Of a stretch of DNA of 33,834 nt, positions 24,601 through 30,600 are shown one piece after another. The number at the start of each line of letters is the position of its first letter. The first letter of the stretch is position 1. The notes under the pieces are model-generated. The model searched no databases. It was given only the letters and a program-made list of their open reading frames with translations, and had not been told where the DNA came from. The stretch is from a virus (Duplodnaviria > Caudoviricetes), in the IMG/VR virus record IMGVR_UViG_3300042545_001008, positions 1 through 33,834 of that record, one strand, 5' to 3'. The position numbers and the translations under genes were made by a program.

Positions 24601-27600
24601 TGCTGCCAGTTTCAATCGCCCTGCCGTTCCATACGTGATTGTCGCCCGGAAAGCGGCCGTCTCTGATTTGTTGTTTCGTGCTTAGGGTGTTCCGATACTC
24701 CTCCGCCACCGCTTTGTTCTCCGCGAAGTAAAGCCCCCAGCCATACACCTGCGCGCCCTCACCCGTGCCAATCTTCTCCAGCCTGAACGCATCCACTTTA
24801 TGCGGCGTGCCGTGGAACGCCACCTTTGCAAGAAGGCTGCCGCCTTCTTCCTGCACCATTTTCGCAAACAGGCTCCCCTGCTCCTGCCCCGGCGCAAACT
24901 TGCCCACGCCGCCCTTCGCCGCATCAAAAAGCGGCGTCTCCCCGCCGCCAAACATGTCCGCAGTCGTGTCCCCCGCATTGGCCCCCTTGAACTTCGCCGC
25001 CTTCTCCGCTTGCAGGATCGCCAGCGCATTCGCCGCACGCTGCTTCCCGGCCAGTGTCTTCTCTGAATCCCCAGCCGCAGGCTTCACCGCTTCCGGCAGC
25101 GCCAGCGTCCCCTGTGCAGACTGAATCTCCGCAATCTTCCGCAGCAGCGCCGCGCACGCCTTCGCATCCGTCACGATCTTTCCATTCAGCTTCGCGACCT
25201 CCGCCGCTGGCCCGCCAAACAGCGAATCCCCGGACTGCATGAGATGATTCCGCTGCATGATGTTCCTGTTCATCCGCGCGCGAATCGTGTCGAGCGCATC
25301 CCTCATCCGCACCCCAACCGGCCCGAGCACCGCGTCATCCTCCACGAGCGACTTCAGCAGCGGCACATCGCCGCGCGCCGGCACCATGCCAGCAATCAGG
25401 TCCGCCTTTTCCGCCAGCCGTCCAGCGTCACGCAAGAATGCAGCCTCGGCATCCGCTGCCGCGCGCCGCTGCGTCTCAGCCTCCGCCTGCTCTGCGAATG
25501 CGGAAACAGCCGGCGTCGCGACCTCCCCGCCAAACTCCCTCTGGTTCGGGTTCTGCTTGGCAAGCACCGCGCCCTGTCCCTCGTCCTCACCTTGCTCCGC
25601 GGGCTCAATCTTCGCGTAAATCGTCTCCCCGCTGTACACGTCCTGAATCCCATACGTGTCGCCATCCTCCAGCGTCACCTGATCGGCCGCCACCGCGATG
25701 ACCTTGAGCTTCGTGCCGGCCACTTCCACCTCGTCCCCGATTGCCAGCGTGCCGTCTTCGGGGCGGATGAGCTGCGTGCCCGCCGCGGGTTTCGCGGCAT
25801 CCTGCTTGAAGTCGGCATCCTTCGCCTGCTGCTCCGCTGCGTCGCGCTCGTGGGCCAATGCCTGCGCCTCGACCGCGAGTCGCGTCTGAAACGCCCCGGC
25901 CAGCGCCACGAGCATTGTGTCCACATGCGCGTCGGCAATCAAGTTCGCGTCAGCCATCATCTGCGCCGCCTCGTCCAGCGCCACGCCTTGCCCGCGCGCA
26001 GCAAACAGGCCCGCGCGCAGGCGCTCGGGGAGGTATCCGACCCCATCGTATTCCCCGCCAATGCGTTTGCTGACCAGTTTGAAAAAGTTCGTCCCGTCAA
26101 CGTCCCTTGTCAGCTTCCCGCGGTTCTTCATCTCGCGGTCAAACGCCGTCCCACGCGACCGCAGTTTGCCGATGTCGTTCAGTAGAAAATCAATCGCGTC
26201 CTCCCCGCCAGGCGAGGGCGGAAGTTCCCGCTGTCGGCGCTTAAATTCACGCCGCTGCTTCAGTGCCTCCTGCTTCGGCGTCAGCGGTTTGTCCGGCTGC
26301 ACCGCAGGCGTAGGTCCCGCATTTTCCGCATTTTCCGCACCCTGGGCGTTGGGCGTTGGGCGTTGGGCGTTGGGCGTTCCCGCCACCGCCGCCGCCAAGT
26401 CTTCCCCCTCCACATCCGTCCCGCCCTTCTCAAACCATTTCGCCATCGTCGCGCGAACTTCCCGCCCCAGCTTCGCCATCTCCGAGGCATGAAGCGGGTG
26501 CCCCATGTCGAGCAGCTTCGCCGCCAGCCGCTTGATCGCATCCACCGCCGACCGCACCCACTGCCCGAGCTTGCTGGAGCCGAAAAGTTTCCACGTCTCC
26601 TCGGTCAGTTGCTTCTGGTTCAGCATCCGGTCCAGCTCCATCGCAAACGCCCAATCCGCCGCGAAGACATCGGTTCCGTCTTCCTGCGTCCCAATTTGGA
26701 TGCCGTCGGCAATTTGCTGCATCGCCTCGTCCAGCGTCTTCGCCCGGCCTGCCGCGGACTGCAAGTCCCCGTAGTACACATTGAACGCCCCGAGCACCGC
26801 ATCCGTCGCGTCCTGGCGTTCCGCAGGGTCCGCGATCGTCGCGATGCGTGTCTTCAAATCCTCCAGCGCGCCGCGCATCCATTGGGCTCGGTATTGGTCC
26901 GCCGTCCCGGTGAATGTTCCCGCCTGCTTCTCAGCCCGATACATCTCCAAAAGCGCCTGCCCTCCGAAGAAATGCCAGATTTCCTCATCCACCGCCGCAT
27001 TCGCATGGTCCCCGCTCTCGAACTCTGCCGGGTTGAGATGGATGGAAAGCTTCTCGCCATCCAAATGCGCAAGCGTCGAGCCGGCAGTCTGCTTCACCGT
27101 CACACCCGCGCGCTCCAGCGCCGCCAGCCGTTTTCCGGCCTGCCCGTTCTTCCCTAAGCCGGTGTAGAATTTTGCCCCGCTTGCGCTACTTGCGATTCCA
27201 GCCGCCGCCGCACCCGTCGGGCCGCCGCCTTGGCCTCCACTCGCGCCAGAAGCTCCTCCCTGCGCGCCTCCCGCGTTCCCTCCTCCGCCGGAGGCTTGCG
27301 CAGCGGATGACCCTGCTCCGCCCAGTTGATTGGTTTGCGAAACACCCGAGGCACCAGCCTGTCCACCTCCGCCTTGCGGTTGGCCCGCAGAAGCTGCTTC
27401 GGCATCAGATGGCGGGGAATTTTCATCTCCCACAGCAGACGCCGAACCCGCCCCGCCGTCAACCGCCACCGGAGTGATTTTTTGAATCGTCCACCCCGGC
27501 CCCTTCCGCTTCGCCACATTCGCCCGCGCCGCAGCTTCATTCCCGCCCGGCACCGGAAAGTTCGCCACGTTCCCCTGCGCATCCACCGCCTCCACATTCC

Positions 27601-30600
27601 AAGTCCCGCCAGTCGAAGCCGCGGCCGCATTCCCCCCTTGGACGTTGGGCGTTGGGCGTTGGGCGTTGGACGTTCCCGCCGCCCCGCTCCGAGCCGCCGC
27701 CCGGCGTACAGCCTCCCCGGCCGCAGCCGTCACCCGCCTCGTGGCATTCACCAAAATGTCCAGCCCTTGGTCCGCCAACCTCAAAGCATGGTTTGCAGAC
27801 TCCATCGCCCCGCCCGTGATCACCACATTGAACTTCGCCGGAGCCGCCACAATCGCCTTCCGCAGCGCCGCCGGCAACAGCGGAACCGCCTGCTCCGTCA
27901 CGACCAATCGCCCGTCTTCCGCCTGCGCCACCAGTCCGAGTTCCGCCAGCTTCGCAGCCTTGTCCGGCGCGAGTTGCCGACCCTTCTCTGCCACATCCGC
28001 AAGGTCGCGCGCCATCGCCGCCCCCACATGCGCGTTGATTACCGCCTGCCCGAGTCCTTCGCTCTCGTTGTCAAAGCCGCCCTCCCTTTCCACGATCATC
28101 TTCGCCGCCTGCTGCTTGTTGCCAGGCAGCCAGATGTCCCTGCCTTCCGCTCCCATCGCCACCGCAGCCACTTGCAGATGCGGATTGCTGGAAAGTGCCG
28201 GAGCCAGCGCACGGCTTTCGACCCCAATCAGGTTCCCGAGATTCCGCGACGCAGCCGACGACACCGCCAGCAGCCTGCCAGTCTCCTCATGGATGGCATC
28301 CAGCGCCGTGCCCGCCGCACCCTGCGCCACACCCATCGCCACTGGATCGTTGGATTGGTTCGCCGCATCCAGCGTAGTCCTCGCCGCATCCAGCGCCTCG
28401 TGCATCGCCTCCCATCGCCCAGCCATTGCCCTGCCACCCTTGGGCCGGTTCCAACGGTCGGTGATGGTTCCAAGCAGGGCACCGCCGAGGCCGATCATCC
28501 CTCCAGACCCCACCAACGATTCCGCCCAGCCATCGAACGGGCTCTGCCCCTGCATCATGTTTTGCCCCACGTCTGAAGCCATTTCTCCGCCGCCCAAGCC
28601 GGCCATGCGCCCGGCGAATTTCCCCGCCGACTGTGCCCACGGGCTCTTGCCCAGCGTTGAAAGTTTGTGCGCCACTTTTTCTCCGAGGAAATCGCCCCAC
28701 CTTTCCGAAAGCATCAGCGGCACACCCTCACTGGCAATGTCCGCCAGCCGGTTGAATGCGCCCATGCTCCGGTCACTGCCCTTCATCGAGATGTCCGTGC
28801 CATACATTCCACCCGTGATCCCACCGCGCGTCAGGTTCAGCGCCATCGCGCTTTCCACGCCGCCAGCAGCCAGCCGGGCCTCCGCCAGCCTTCCGACCAG
28901 CCCGGCACACATGAAAGAAAGCATGGAGCCGCCACCCGCGGCGATGACATTGATCCAATGCAGCTTGTCATCCACCACCTTTGCCAGCTTCTCGGATAGA
29001 AACGCGCGCTGCGCCACTTCTTGCGGATTATTCTCATCCACTTCGATATTCCCGGCACCTACGCCAATCAGTGCTTGATAAAATGCGTTCCCGGTAGCCG
29101 TCGCCTGCGCACCGAATTTCCCGGCTTCCAGTTCCCGGATCAGCGACTCAGCACCGCCCAGCGTCAGATTCAGGCTCATCAGCGCAGCCTTTTGCTTACC
29201 GCTGCCTAGAAGTCGGAGGCGCTGATTGCCGTCATCCATCGTCACCCACGACGCCTTGCCGTCCGCCACCGCCTTCTCATGCGCCGCCCGCTGCTCCGCA
29301 CTCATCACACTCTTTCCGGCCTCCCACTGCTTTTCCATCTCCGGCCACGCTTTGAACACCTGTTCCGCTCCGGCAGCATCCAGATTCCCGATCAGTTGCT
29401 GTGCGGCCTCTGCCTCCCTGGTCCTCATCACTTGCGCCGCCGAGCGCCCCAGCGTGAAGCGGGTAAGTGTGGAAGCGATTCCGCCCAGCGTCGAGTTCGT
29501 CTGCGCCATGAACCGCTTGAAGCCGTGACTCGATCCATCCGCCTTTTCCTGCGCCTCAATCTTCGCGATGTCCTCCCGCAGCTTCGACTCCCGCTCATGG
29601 ATCGTCACGATCGCCTCGTCCAGATTCGTCAAGTCCTTCAACGCTTGTCCCCATTGCCCGCCGAAATTATTCTGCTTTCCGCCCACATCCCGCGCCTCCA
29701 CCAGCTTTTCCGCAGCTTGTCGCAGCGCCCTCTTTGCGTCGCGCTGAGTTTCATGCGACGCATTCACGTTCGCAATGTCGCGTTGCAGTTGGTTCAGCGG
29801 CACTTCCAGCGACACCTTTCCGACTTCCGGCACGGCGTCAGGCCCGGCAAGGTCGAGGTTTCCGCCACGCGCCAGCGCGGCCTTTGCGCGCTCGTACATC
29901 GCATCCGCACTCTGCCCATCCACCATCGGCGACACCTTCCGCGCCGCGTCCAGTGCCAACACCGTGCCCTCCAGCACACTGCCGCCGGAACGCCCGGCCC
30001 ATTCGTTTGCCTTGCTCGAAATCTCAGCCGCCGCGATCCCCATCGTTTCGCTCGCCGCCCATGCTTCCGGCGTCTTGAAGGTATCCAGCAGTTTCGCGTG
30101 CGCAGCCTTTGCTGCCTCGCGCGCCGCCGCCAGCGGCTCATTCACAGCCGCCCGCGCCTTCACAAACACCTGCTCCACCTTCTGCCAGTCACCCGCGCCT
30201 TCCGGTGCAAGCGCCGCATCCGCAAACGCCTTACGCCGGGCTTGGCTGATCGCCGCCAGCTTCGGCTCCGCCGCCTCATGCGCCGCATCCAGCGCGAGCG
30301 AAGCATCCCGCACCTCGCCGGCCAGCTTCGTAAATCCCATTGCCTTGACAGCCGCCTGCCTCACCCCCTCATCCGCCGCAGCTACCCGCGCCTCCAGTTC
30401 CGGCACCTTCGCCGCCACTTCGGGTTTCAGCAGCGCCTTGTCCCGCAGCGTGGTCAGGTCTTCCACCGCTTTCGCGCGCGCTCCCTGTGCCGCTTTCAAT
30501 TCTCCTAACACCCCGTCCCTCGTTTCCTCGAACTGCACCATCATCGGCGCAGTCGCCGTCTTCGGCGCATACCGGGTTCGATTCAGCAATTTCAGGTTCG

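Noticed and set aside
20972-24823. Near-identical repeats in the two ART modules as a DGR template/variable repeat pair
   Set aside because: Differences are not adenine-specific and are largely synonymous, both copies are in-frame coding, and no reverse transcriptase is present in the window.
18824-25573. LLAK boundary motifs as DNA recombination (att-like) sites
   Set aside because: Nucleotide sequences differ at synonymous positions. Only three copies share cttcgccagcagc, which preferred codons explain. No recombinase is in the window.
12216-27674. Heptamer or 33-bp repeats as CRISPR arrays
   Set aside because: Tandem units without unique spacers, located inside ORFs, and no cas genes.
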